A stretch of 64,000 nucleotides of DNA from an uncultured Gemmatimonadales bacterium (GTDB taxonomy: Bacteria; Gemmatimonadota; Gemmatimonadetes; Gemmatimonadales; Gemmatimonadaceae): positions 576,001 through 640,000 of the forward strand of contig OY969695.1 of the NCBI GenBank assembly GCA_963701965.1. Reading direction: 5' to 3'. Both the position numbers and the translations under genes were made by a program. The first letter of the stretch is position 1. Every line of letters begins with the position of its first letter. Below, piece by piece: positions 20,052 to 29,738 of the stretch. The notes beneath the pieces were generated by a model that worked only from the letters and a program-made list of their open reading frames with translations, ran no database searches and was not told the origin of the DNA.

Positions 20052-20992
20052 GCCAGTCGCTCCATCCACAAGCGGGCCCGCTCCGCCACGCGCTCCAGCG
20101 CGCGGCGCACCAGTCCCGAGGGCACGCTGGGCGCCGCGGCGACCAACGCCAGCCCGTCGTGCGGCGCGGGCGTCATCGCCACGGTGGCCGCCTCGGTCTC
20201 GAAGACGATCGTGCGCCATTCGCCGAGCGGCAAATGCCGCATGGCCCGGCGGGCTTCGTCGCTCACACCCGTCAGCGCCGCACCCACCTCGGCCCCGACG
20301 TCGTGTCCGCCATCCACGACGTACTGTCCGGCCAAGACCAGTCCGTCCTCGTCGAGGAGCAGCGCCGCTTGGTCGGACGTGCCGATCACATCGGCGAAAA
20401 GCTGCCGCGGGTCGTCGGCAAACATGTCGACCGCCGGCGTCTCAGAGCCATCAGATCCGTCGTCATCCGGCCTCACGACCGGGAGCGCGACACCGGCCGG
20501 CGTCGGGACGCCCGCCGCAGGCGTGGTGTCGTCCACCGGGAGCGCCGCGGGCGGCGTCGCGTGCTTGCCATTGGTCGCTGGCGGCGCCAGCTGGTCCCGC
20601 ACGCGCGCCAGCGCGGCGGCGAGCCCTTCGTCTTCGGCACCGGCCACCGCGGCCTGGGCGAGATAGTGCTCGGCGTCGGCGAGCCGACCTTGGCTGAAGC
20701 ACACGAACCCCATGCCCTTGAGCGCCCCAACGTGCCCGGGCGCACAGCGCAGGGACACGTCCCACTCGTCGAGCGCGCGCTCGATCTCTCCGCGATCCAC
20801 GCAGATGCGCGCCAACAAGTCGTGGGCATCGGCGTCGTACGGATGCCGCTCCAGCCCGCGCACCGCCACCCGGAGCGCCAGGTCGACCTGTCCGCTGGTG
20901 CGCAGCGCTTCACCGAGCGGCAAGAAGACCATGCTCGCCGGGTTTCCGGCCAGCTCGTCGCTCCAGCGACGGACGTCGTCAGGCGCCGACAT
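20048..20992 (-). CDS. TPR plus Roadblock/LC7 fusion protein
   Basis: N-terminal TPRs, Pro/Asp-rich linker, C-terminal ALLLDEDGLVLAG...GLVRRALE roadblock pattern. Confidence 0.75.
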   Translation of the reverse strand: MSAPDDVRRWSDELAGNPASMVFLPLGEALRTSGQVDLALRVAVRGLERHPYDADAHDLLARICVDRGEIERALDEWDVSLRCAPGHVGALKGMGFVCFSQGRLADAEHYLAQAAVAGAEDEGLAAALARVRDQLAPPATNGKHATPPAALPVDDTTPAAGVPTPAGVALPVVRPDDDGSDGSETPAVDMFADDPRQLFADVIGTSDQAALLLDEDGLVLAGQYVVDGGHDVGAEVGAALTGVSDEARRAMRHLPLGEWRTIVFETEAATVAMTPAPHDGLALVAAAPSVPSGLVRRALERVAERARLWMERLA

Positions 20993-22127
20993 AACCCTCG
21001 ACGAACCGATCGAGCCTGAGCGCCGATGCGACGGCCTCCCGAATGTCCGGCGCCGTCGGCGCCGTGGGGGCGGTGTCGAGGAACTGCTGCCAGCTGGCCA
21101 CGGCCCCGCGGAAGTCCCCCTGACACAATGCCGCGAGTCCCAGCTCCAGCTGGATGTTCGGATGCGCCGGATCGGCATCCGCCGCCCGCCGCAACTCGTC
21201 GCTGGCCTCGGCGTACCGCCGCATGCGCCGCAGGGCCCGCGCGGCCATGAGCCGGGGCGCCGGCGCCCGCGGGTCCATGGCGATCGCCGACCGTGCCGCG
21301 TGGAGTGCTTCGTCCAACATCCCGGCCCCCAAAGCCACTTCCGCCATCTCCAGATAGACTCCCGAGTCCGGCACGATGGCGGTATTGACCACCGGCGTGA
21401 GCGTGCCGCCGCGCAGCTCGACGACGCCGGTCGTCATCAATCCATAGACCACCTTCGCGATGTCGAACTCGCTGCGCCCCAGGGCGCCCGCGATGCCGCG
21501 CAGGTCATTCACCCCATCGATGATCGCCAGCACCTCCCACTCGCTCGGCAAGAGGTCGAGCTGCGTCGGATGGTCGTCGTGGATCGACGCCAGCACGGGC
21601 ACGACGCCCAGGTGCGGGACCTTGTCGGCGATGCGGCTCCACTCGTCAATGCGCCGCGCGCCTTCCATGAGCAACGACTCGGTCGAGACGTGGACCGCCG
21701 CCTCCAGCTCCACGCTGCCGACGTCCCGCTCCTCGAAGGAGAAGAACCCCTCGCGCCAGGACATGAGCTCGAACACCACCGTCTCGATCTGGAGGCGCAC
21801 CTGCCGCTCCAGCTCCCGCGTGCTGATGGCGCCGATGGCGACCAGGATGTCGCCAATGCGCCGGGCGCCGTTCTCCTGTTCCTGCATCTCCCGCGCCTTG
21901 CCCAGATCGCGTTCGCTGACGCGGCCCGCGCGCACCAGCATGGCGCCCAGGGGGTTGGGACTGGACCGGATCTGCGCCGAGATCACGCGGCCCCGGTCGA
22001 ACTGCACCGCGCCCTCGTTGTCCCGGAACGCGGACGTCACGCGCAGCGCGCCCGTCTTCCGGCTCAGGTCGAGCAACTGGAAGACATCGTGGATGCTGAG
22101 TTCCCGGAGCGGTCCTTCGATCGCCAT
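20979..22127 (-). CDS. DUF4388 (PATAN-like) domain plus TPR protein, second paralogue
   Basis: MAIEGPLRELSIHDVFQLL..RKTG, MSWREGFFSF, LLMEGARRIDEW, C-terminal TPRs. Confidence 0.85.
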   Translation of the reverse strand: MAIEGPLRELSIHDVFQLLDLSRKTGALRVTSAFRDNEGAVQFDRGRVISAQIRSSPNPLGAMLVRAGRVSERDLGKAREMQEQENGARRIGDILVAIGAISTRELERQVRLQIETVVFELMSWREGFFSFEERDVGSVELEAAVHVSTESLLMEGARRIDEWSRIADKVPHLGVVPVLASIHDDHPTQLDLLPSEWEVLAIIDGVNDLRGIAGALGRSEFDIAKVVYGLMTTGVVELRGGTLTPVVNTAIVPDSGVYLEMAEVALGAGMLDEALHAARSAIAMDPRAPAPRLMAARALRRMRRYAEASDELRRAADADPAHPNIQLELGLAALCQGDFRGAVASWQQFLDTAPTAPTAPDIREAVASALRLDRFVEGYVGA

Positions 22128-22130
22128 CGC

Positions 22131-24858
22131 TCAGCGCCCTCCCGCCGCGACCGCGGCGCCGCCGCTGGGGCGCCGGCCATTGGTGAAGATCTGCGCCAGA
22201 TCGGCCGCGGTGCGGCCATCGCGCCGGGCCCGCCGGCCGTACGTTCCCTCCGGCTCCAGCGCCACCACCTGATCCCAACGCTCGATCGCTTCCCGGAACC
22301 GGTGCTGCTCGGCCAAGAGCGCGCCCTCGTAGTACAGCGCCGCCGGATGCGCCGGATCCATGCGCGTGAGCCGCGCGAAGGCCAGCGCCGCGTCCTTGCG
22401 GCGTCCCATTCTCGAAGAGCAGCTCCCCGAGCGCCAACAGCGCCGCGATCAACGTCGTATCGCGCTCCAGGAGCTCGATGATGACGCGGAGCGCCGCTTC
22501 GCCGCGTCCCGTGCGCCGCCACAAGCCCGCCAGCTCCAGCGACGCGTCGACATAGGTGGGGACGGCGTCCAGCGCCGCCAAGAGCTCGGACTCGGCATCG
22601 CTGTCGTGGCCTTCGGCCACGAGTAGCTTCGCCAGCTCGTATCGCACGATCGCCAAATCCCCGTCCAGGGCCAGCGCGTCGTAGTACGCCGTTTGCGCGC
22701 CTGCCCGGTCACCGCGCGCCCGCAAGACATCGCCGATGCGCTGCGCGATATCGGCGCGCTGCGGCGCGAAGCGCCGCGCGCGGGTGAGTGCTTCCAGCGC
22801 GGCGTCCGGGTCCCCAGCGGCGGAACGGGCGGCGCCGGCCAACAGCAGCGCCTCCGGGTCCTCGGGCGCTCCGGCCAGCACGTCCTCCGCCACGGGGCGG
22901 GCGTCCGCGGCACGGCCGAGCGCGATCAACGCCCGCGCCTCGCCCATCATGGCCCGGGCATGGCGCGCGTCGATCCGGCGCGCCTCCCGATAGCGCTCCA
23001 GCGCCTCGCCGTGCAGACCCTGACGGACGAAGACGTCGCCCATGAGGGTCAGGCCATCGCCGCGATCGCCGCCGCGGAGCAACGCGCGGCTCACTTCGGC
23101 CGCGGCGCGATCGTAGAGCCCCTTCGACAGATAGTCGGACGCCATCGCGTACGCGTGACCCCCGCTCGGCGCCGGCGCCGCGGCCGGCGTGTCGGACGGC
23201 GTCAGGGTTGTGAACAACGAGTCGAGCAGCGCCGCGTCGAACGCGAACTCCTCGATGGGCGCCGACGTTTGCCGCGCGCCGCCCAGGTCGGGCACGATCG
23301 ACAGGTCGGGATCCTCGTACTGCAGATCGATCGCCAGCTCGAATTTCTGCGGCACGTAATACGGATCCAACTCCAACGCCCGTTTCGTCTCCCGCAGCGC
23401 GCTGTCGAAATCGCCCAGGTTGGAGAGGGCAAAGCTCAGATTGTAGTGCGCCTCGGCGAAGTTCGGCCGGCTCTGCGTCGCCCGCGCGAACGCGTTGCGC
23501 GCTTCCTCGAACTTGCGCAGGTCGGTCAGCACGAGCCCCACGCCGTTCCAGGCCACGGCGTGCTCCGGCGCGTCGAGCAGCACCTGACGAAACGCTTCCA
23601 GGCTCTGTTGGAGGCGTTTGCCCTTCATGAAGAGCAGCGCCAGGTTGAGCCGCGCCTTGACGAACGTCGGCGCGACGTCGAGGGCGCGGTGGAACGCCTC
23701 GGCGGCGGCTTCGGCATCGCCGGCGTGATAGTGGGAGACGCCCAGATTGTTCGACGCCAGCGCATACCGGGCATCGGCCTCCAACGCCCGCGCATAGCAG
23801 GACGCGGCATCCGCGTAGCGTCCGTCCTGGTGGAGCGCGACGCCCTTCTCGTTCCAGAGCTTCGGGCTGTCCGGTTGCCCCTCCAGCAGCTGGTCGTAGG
23901 TGGCGACCGCCGCGGCCACGTCTTTGCGGAGGAGATGCACTTCGGCGATCGCCTGCTGGACGAGGGCCGGATCCTCTCCGCGTTCGATCGCCAGTTGATA
24001 CTCGCGCAGCGCCTCGACGTAGTACCCTTTCTGACGAAACGCCAGACCCAGGTTGAAGTGCGCCAGCTGCCCCTCTTCGGCGACCGTCATGCGCTCGACG
24101 TGGGTCGGCCCCGAGATGCGGCGCAGCGCGCTGCCGTTCTCCAGTGTCAGATTGGCTTGGGCCCGCGACAGCGTCGGGTTGAGCCGGACGGCGCGCTTGG
24201 TGGCTTCCCGCGCCTCATCGTGGCGGCCCATGTCCCCGAGGACAAATCCCATGAGATAATGGGCGTCGGGATTGTCCGGGTTGCGCTCGATCGCCCGATG
24301 GAGCGCCGCCAGCGCTTCATCGTTGAGACCCCGGTTATACAGGACCTCGCCGACGTAGAAGTGGATCACCGAGCTGTCGGGGTCCAGCGCGCGGGCCCGC
24401 TCGAACCACTGCTGCGCGTTTTCCAGATCGCCGCTGGCCTTCTCGGCGAGGCCGAGCTGCACGATCGCGCCCAGGTCGTCCGGATGGTGGCGGAGCAGCT
24501 CGTTGAATTCGGTGACCGCGTCGGCCAGCCGGCCCAGGAGCGCGTAGGCCCGGCCCAGTTCCCATCGGGCGTCGCGATCCTCGGGGGCCGCCCGCAAGCG
24601 CTCCCGCAGCTCCCCCACGCGACGGTCGTAGTACCCGGTGTTGAAGTAGGCGATTTCCAGGTTGCGCTGCGCGACCTGCATCTTGTGGTCGAGCTCCAGC
24701 GCCCGCGAAAACGCCTCCACGGCCTCCTCGTGCAGGCCTTTGTGGTAGTACAGCACGCCCAGATTGTTGTGCGCACCCGCATCCGATGGATCAATGCGGC
24801 GCGCGAACGAGCGCAGGACCTCGCGGTCCCGCTCGGACATCAGTGGGGGCGTGCCCAC
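22131..24858 (-). CDS. Large cytoplasmic TPR-repeat protein (about 900 aa); +1 frameshift at about 22410
   Basis: Many TPRs (AHNNLGVLY, AHFNLG, AWNGVG, AHYNLS). C-terminus in ORF 22131..22409. Confidence 0.85.
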
Positions 24859-24873
24859 GGTCGGCTCCCGCCC

Positions 24874-25494
24874 CTACGCGACCTTGACGGCGCGCAGAAT
24901 GGCGTGCAGCGAAGCGACGTCCGGCAGGAGGAGGAAGAAGCCCCGCAACCGCTCGTTGAAATCCTGCATGTAGAACTCGCTCTCCACGCAGAACACGTAG
25001 TCCCGGTCGGTGCCAAACTGCAGATACGCCGTCGAGAGCACGGCGCTCGACATGTCGACCGCCAGACTCGGTGGGCTCGGCAACAGCATCAGGCCCATAA
25101 AATCGCTGAGGGCGTTCATGTAGGCCCCACTCAGGATATTGCCCGCCTCTTTGATCGCCGATTGTTCCAGCTCGCCGAGATCGGCATCGGGTTTCGCCTG
25201 GCGGTTCAACATGAGATCCGACAAGCGGAGCGCGGTCGGCCGCGGAAACACGAGCAGCGTACGCCCGGTCAGGTCGCCCAGCATGTTCATGAGCACGGCT
25301 GCCACCGGCTCCTCGGGGCCCGACACCTGCGGGGGCACGTCTTCGAGGCGGGCAATGTTGATCGTCGGCACGCTGATCATGATCGTGTTGCCGGTCATCT
25401 GCGACAACGCCGTGGCCGCGTGGCCCGCGCCGATGTTCGCGACCTCCCGGAGCGCGTCGAGCTGGATCGCCTTCAACGAGCGAATGTCTTCCAT
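24874..25494 (-). CDS. cheC: CheY-P phosphatase CheC
   Basis: Two E-x-x-N sites: DALREVANIGAGHAATALS and SAIKEAGNIL. Confidence 0.93.
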   Translation of the reverse strand: MEDIRSLKAIQLDALREVANIGAGHAATALSQMTGNTIMISVPTINIARLEDVPPQVSGPEEPVAAVLMNMLGDLTGRTLLVFPRPTALRLSDLMLNRQAKPDADLGELEQSAIKEAGNILSGAYMNALSDFMGLMLLPSPPSLAVDMSSAVLSTAYLQFGTDRDYVFCVESEFYMQDFNERLRGFFLLLPDVASLHAILRAVKVA

Positions 25495-25509
25495 TGATGC
25501 CTCTATGCC

Positions 25510-27420
25510 TCAGAAAAGACTGCCCACATCGACGATCAAAGCCGGCGCGCCGTCGCCGAGGATCGTCGCGCCGGTGAACAACGTCAGACCGCCCCGCACC
25601 CCATCGAACTGCTTCACCACGATTTCCTGCTGCCCGGGGAGCTCGTCGACCACGACCGCGACCTCCCGATCGGCCAGCTCCACGACCACCGCCTGCTCGG
25701 CCTCGGCGCCAACCCGGTCGCCAAGGGCCGGCAAGCCGACCACGTCGCGCAGCCGGACGAGCGGCATCACCACATCCCGGAGCACCAACACCGGCTTCCC
25801 TTGCAGCGTCGACAGGGTCACCGCATCGAGCGAGATGGTCTCCCGCACGTGGGCCATCGGGATGGCGTAGACCTCATCGGCCACCTTCGCCAAGAGCGCC
25901 CGCATGATCGCCAGGGTCAACGGCAACCGCGCCGTGACCGTCGTGCCCCGCCCCGGCGCCGTCCGAATGTCCAGCGAGCCGCCGAGCGCCCGCACCCGGT
26001 TCTGCACCGCATCGATCCCGACGCCGCGCCCCGAGATCTCGGTCACGGCGTCGGCCGTGGAGAACCCGGGACGCGAGATGAGCCGCATGAGCTCATCGTC
26101 CGACAGCTCGGCGGCACTCGCCTCGACGAGACCCGACTCCCGGGCCTTGCGCAAGACTTTGTTCCGATCGATCCCACGGCCGTCATCGGACACGCGAATC
26201 AGCACGTTCGCCCGGTCCCGGGCCGCGCTGAGCGTGAGGCGCCCCATGGGCGGTTTGCCGCCAGCGGTCCGCTCGGCGGGCACCTCGATACCGTGGTCGA
26301 CGGCGTTCCGGAGGAGATGGACGATCGGATCGCCAATCTCGTCGAGCATCGACCGATCGAGCTCGATCTCCTTGCCCTCGATCTCCAGCGTCACGTCCTT
26401 GCCCAGCAACCGGGCGGCGTCGCGCACCATCCGCGGGAACCGGTCGAAGACCTGCCACACCGGGACCATGCGGCACGTCATGATCTCGTCCTGCAGGTCG
26501 GTGATGAGGCGTGAGGCCTGGGCCAGCGCCTCGTCGAGCGCGGGATGCCCGATCTCGCGTCCCAGCTCGGACAAGCGGCCGCGGGTGATGACCAGCTCGC
26601 CGATCAGGTTCATGAGCGAGTCGAGGCGGCGGAGATCAATGCGCACGTGGCGCTGCTTCTGGACGCCGGTGGCCTCGTCCCCGATCGCCTGCAGGGCGAC
26701 CGTTTGGCGCGCACTGGCGCCTGGCGCGGGCGTCGCGTCTGTGCCCAGATGCACCGTCCCCACGTCGCCCGCGCTGCGCAGGACCCGCTCGATCTCGGCC
26801 GGCGGCGCCGCCGTGACCACGGTGAACTCGAAGACGCCGTCGAACGCCTCCTCTCCGAACGCCGACTCGTCGGGCGTGATGCCGGCGACTTCGCCGAGCG
26901 TGCGGGCCTTCTGCAGGACCAACACCGCGCGGACGCCGGGCAGCGGCGCGCCATCGGCGATGGCGACGCGCACGACGACGCCCAGGGCGTGGGACACGCG
27001 CTTGGCGCGCGCCTTCGGGGCCTTGGCCGTCGGGGGAGACGGCGCATCGCCCGAGAGCGCGCGCAGACGTTCGATGATCTTGGCGACTTTGACGCCCGCT
27101 CCGCCGGCGACGGCGGCTTCGATCGCCGCCTCGAGGGTGTCGGCGGCTTTGAACATGGCGTCCATCACGCCCGACGTGATCGTGAGATCGCCGCGGCGGA
27201 CCCGCTCCAGCAGCGTCTCCAGCACGTGGGAGAGGTCGGCGACCTCGGTGTAGCCCATCGTCGCGCTCATGCCCTTCACCGTATGTACGGCGCGGAACAA
27301 CGCGCCTACGGTCTCGGCCGTCCCCCCGCTCCGCTCCATCTCGAGCAGCGCATGGTTGATGGCCGACAGGTGCTCACGGCTCTCCGTGAGAAAGAGCTCG
27401 GCGTAGCGCGACGTTTCCAC
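25510..27420 (-). CDS. cheA: Chemotaxis histidine kinase CheA
   Basis: Hpt (FRAVHTVKGMS), P2, dimerization LDSLMNLIGELVI, HLLRNAVDHG, DDGRG, GFST, SGRGVG, CheW-like P5. Confidence 0.97.
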   Translation of the reverse strand: METSRYAELFLTESREHLSAINHALLEMERSGGTAETVGALFRAVHTVKGMSATMGYTEVADLSHVLETLLERVRRGDLTITSGVMDAMFKAADTLEAAIEAAVAGGAGVKVAKIIERLRALSGDAPSPPTAKAPKARAKRVSHALGVVVRVAIADGAPLPGVRAVLVLQKARTLGEVAGITPDESAFGEEAFDGVFEFTVVTAAPPAEIERVLRSAGDVGTVHLGTDATPAPGASARQTVALQAIGDEATGVQKQRHVRIDLRRLDSLMNLIGELVITRGRLSELGREIGHPALDEALAQASRLITDLQDEIMTCRMVPVWQVFDRFPRMVRDAARLLGKDVTLEIEGKEIELDRSMLDEIGDPIVHLLRNAVDHGIEVPAERTAGGKPPMGRLTLSAARDRANVLIRVSDDGRGIDRNKVLRKARESGLVEASAAELSDDELMRLISRPGFSTADAVTEISGRGVGIDAVQNRVRALGGSLDIRTAPGRGTTVTARLPLTLAIMRALLAKVADEVYAIPMAHVRETISLDAVTLSTLQGKPVLVLRDVVMPLVRLRDVVGLPALGDRVGAEAEQAVVVELADREVAVVVDELPGQQEIVVKQFDGVRGGLTLFTGATILGDGAPALIVDVGSLF

Positions 27421-27426
27421 GGGACG

Positions 27427-27789
27427 TCAGCCAAGCACCCGCTGCACGGCTTCGAGCACACGGCTGGGCTGGAAGGGCTTCACCACGAAGTCTTTGGCGC
27501 CCGCTTGAATGGCCTCGACCACCAAGGCCTGTTGCCCCATGGCGCTGCACATGAGGATCTTGGCGTTGGCGTCGAACTTCGTGATTTCGCGGACCGCGTC
27601 GATGCCGCCCATGTCCGGCATCACGATGTCCATCGTCACCAGGTCGGGCCGCAGCTGCTTGTACTTCTCGACCGCCTGCACGCCGGTCTCGGCTTCCCCG
27701 ACGACCTCGAAGCCCGCTTGGCTCAGGATGTCGCCGACCATCGTGCGCATGAAGATCGCGTCATCGCAGATCAGTACCGAATGACTCAC
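27427..27789 (-). CDS. cheY: Chemotaxis response regulator CheY
   Basis: Single REC domain: ICDDAIFMR, MDIVMP, CSAMGQQ, VKPF (Bacillus/Thermotoga-like CheY pattern). Confidence 0.92.
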   Translation of the reverse strand: MSHSVLICDDAIFMRTMVGDILSQAGFEVVGEAETGVQAVEKYKQLRPDLVTMDIVMPDMGGIDAVREITKFDANAKILMCSAMGQQALVVEAIQAGAKDFVVKPFQPSRVLEAVQRVLG

Positions 27790-28265
27790 GAATTCCCCCC
27801 GAAGATTTGCTTGATGACTGCCCGGACATCGAGCAGCATCGCCACGCCGTCGCCGACGCGCAGGACGCCGCTGACGAGCCCTTCGCCGATCTCGCCATCC
27901 GACGCCTCGATGTCGGCACGGGCGACCCGCTGCACATCACGGAGCTCGTCGACGCCCAGCCCAATGACGCGTGTCCCGTGCTCGGCGAGCACGATCGACC
28001 CTTTGGCGGGATCGACGGGCGAGCCGCCCAGCCGCACGCCCAGATCGATGACCGTGAGAATGGAACCCCGGAGGTTGATCAGCCCCGTGACGAACGGCGG
28101 GGCGCCGGGCAAGCGCGTGGCGTGCCGGTAGGGCACGATCTCGCGGATGGCGTCCAGCTCGCAGGCGCACACGCGCCCGGCGACGCCGAACAACAGCAGC
28201 CGCGGCGCGTCGGCCGTACTGGCGAACGCGTCCTCAGTCGTCGACTCGGTAGAAGCCCACATCAT
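27786..28265 (-). CDS. cheW: Chemotaxis coupling protein CheW
   Basis: LPGAPPFVTGLINLRGSILTVIDL, GLGVDEL. Confidence 0.92.
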   Translation of the reverse strand: MMWASTESTTEDAFASTADAPRLLLFGVAGRVCACELDAIREIVPYRHATRLPGAPPFVTGLINLRGSILTVIDLGVRLGGSPVDPAKGSIVLAEHGTRVIGLGVDELRDVQRVARADIEASDGEIGEGLVSGVLRVGDGVAMLLDVRAVIKQIFGGNS

Positions 28266-29211
28266 CCAGCTCGGTGTCCTCGTGCGAGACTGCCGCCAGT
28301 GCTTGGCGGAGGTCGGGCGGCAGCGGCGATCTCAGATCAAGCTCGGCGCCCGTGATCGGATGACGAAGGCGAAGCCACGCGGCATGCAGGAAGTGCCGGT
28401 GTGGAGGGAGCGCCACCACGCGCCGTCCGACACCACCGCCATACGTGTCATCGCCCACCACCGGGTGCCCGATCGACGCGAGATGCACGCGAATCTGATG
28501 CGTGCGTCCTGTGTGCAGCCGGGCGCGGAGGAGGTCCACCGAGCCGTAGCGCGCCAACCGGGCGAAGTCCGTTCGCGCCGGTCGACCTGTAGTGACGACT
28601 GCCATGCGCTTTCGGTCTCGCGGATCGCGGCCAACCGGCCGATCTACGGTCACCTGGTCATCGGCCAAATGGCCGAACGCCAGGACCGCATACAAACGTC
28701 TCACGGAGCGTCGCGCCAAGGCGGCCGTCAGGAGCCGGTGCGCGCGGTCGGTTTTTGCCACCAGCACGAGTCCCGACGTCTGCTTGTCGAGCCGGTGGAC
28801 CAATCCCGCCCGCTCGACCGTGTTGGGGGGCGCTTCGCGGCCCACCAATGCATTGACCAGCGTCCCGCTCCAATGCCCCGGCGCCGGGTGGACGACCATC
28901 CCGGCCGGCTTATCGACGACGAGGAGAGCCTCGTCTTCATAGACGATCGAAAGGGGGATGGTTTCCGGTGTGACCGACCGCCCAGGGGGCGGGGGGATGA
29001 CCACCACGACGCCCGCACCGCCCGGAGGGCGGTAGCTGGCCCGCTCGACCCGGCCGTCCACCCACACGTGGCCGGTGGCGATCAGGGTCGCGGCTTGGGT
29101 CCGCGAGAGGCCGATCGCGGCGGCAATGACCAAGTCCAGCCGGACGTCGGAGCCCGGCCGCACGGTGAACTCATGGCGGGTGGCGCCGGCTTCCTCGCCG
29201 GCGCCGGTCAC
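28234..29211 (-). CDS. rluD: RluA/RluD-family pseudouridine synthase
   Basis: S4 domain, VDKPAGMVVHP, HRLDKQTSG, TGRTHQIRVH. Confidence 0.93.
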   Translation of the reverse strand: MTGAGEEAGATRHEFTVRPGSDVRLDLVIAAAIGLSRTQAATLIATGHVWVDGRVERASYRPPGGAGVVVVIPPPPGRSVTPETIPLSIVYEDEALLVVDKPAGMVVHPAPGHWSGTLVNALVGREAPPNTVERAGLVHRLDKQTSGLVLVAKTDRAHRLLTAALARRSVRRLYAVLAFGHLADDQVTVDRPVGRDPRDRKRMAVVTTGRPARTDFARLARYGSVDLLRARLHTGRTHQIRVHLASIGHPVVGDDTYGGGVGRRVVALPPHRHFLHAAWLRLRHPITGAELDLRSPLPPDLRQALAAVSHEDTELDDVGFYRVDD

Positions 29212-29738
29212 GACAGCTCGCGGGTCTCGGTCGGCGCGCTGACCGGCGTCGCGTGGTGCCGGTCCTCGTTCCAGAGAACCCACGCGAGCAGGATGGCCCC
29301 GGTGCTCACGGCCATGTCGGCCACGTTGAAGGTCGGCCACCGATGGTCATGGAACCCGACATCAATGAAGTCGACGACGCCGAGGGGCGATCGGATGCGG
29401 TCGATGAGATTGCCCACGGCGCCGCCGCAGACGAGCCCCAACGCCAACGCGCGCGGAATGTCGCCCGCCCGCGTCGCCCGGTACAGCCGCCCGAGGATGA
29501 TCAGCGCCACGACGGTGGCCACCAGAAAGATCCACCGGGACAACGCGCCGAACGTCAATCCGAACGCCGCCCCTTGATTGAACACCAGCGTGAATCGCAC
29601 CGCTTCGCCGAGGACGTCGTGCGGGAGCTGCCTCGGCATGAGCTGCGTGACGGCGAGCCGCTTGGTCACCACGTCCAACAGGACGACGGTGACCAGGGTG
29701 CCCCAGAACAGCCGCCCGTTGCCGCTATTTCTTTCCAT
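29208..29738 (-). CDS. lspA: Lipoprotein signal peptidase II
   Basis: DVVTK, NQGAAFG, GGAVGNLIDR, VVDF, FNVAD. Confidence 0.96.
   Translation of the reverse strand: MERNSGNGRLFWGTLVTVVLLDVVTKRLAVTQLMPRQLPHDVLGEAVRFTLVFNQGAAFGLTFGALSRWIFLVATVVALIILGRLYRATRAGDIPRALALGLVCGGAVGNLIDRIRSPLGVVDFIDVGFHDHRWPTFNVADMAVSTGAILLAWVLWNEDRHHATPVSAPTETRELS

Noticed and set aside
22693..25497. Long + strand ORFs opposite real genes (also 4342..6678, 30939..33089, 57513..59486 and others)
   Set aside because: High-GC antisense shadow ORFs with no recognisable motifs.
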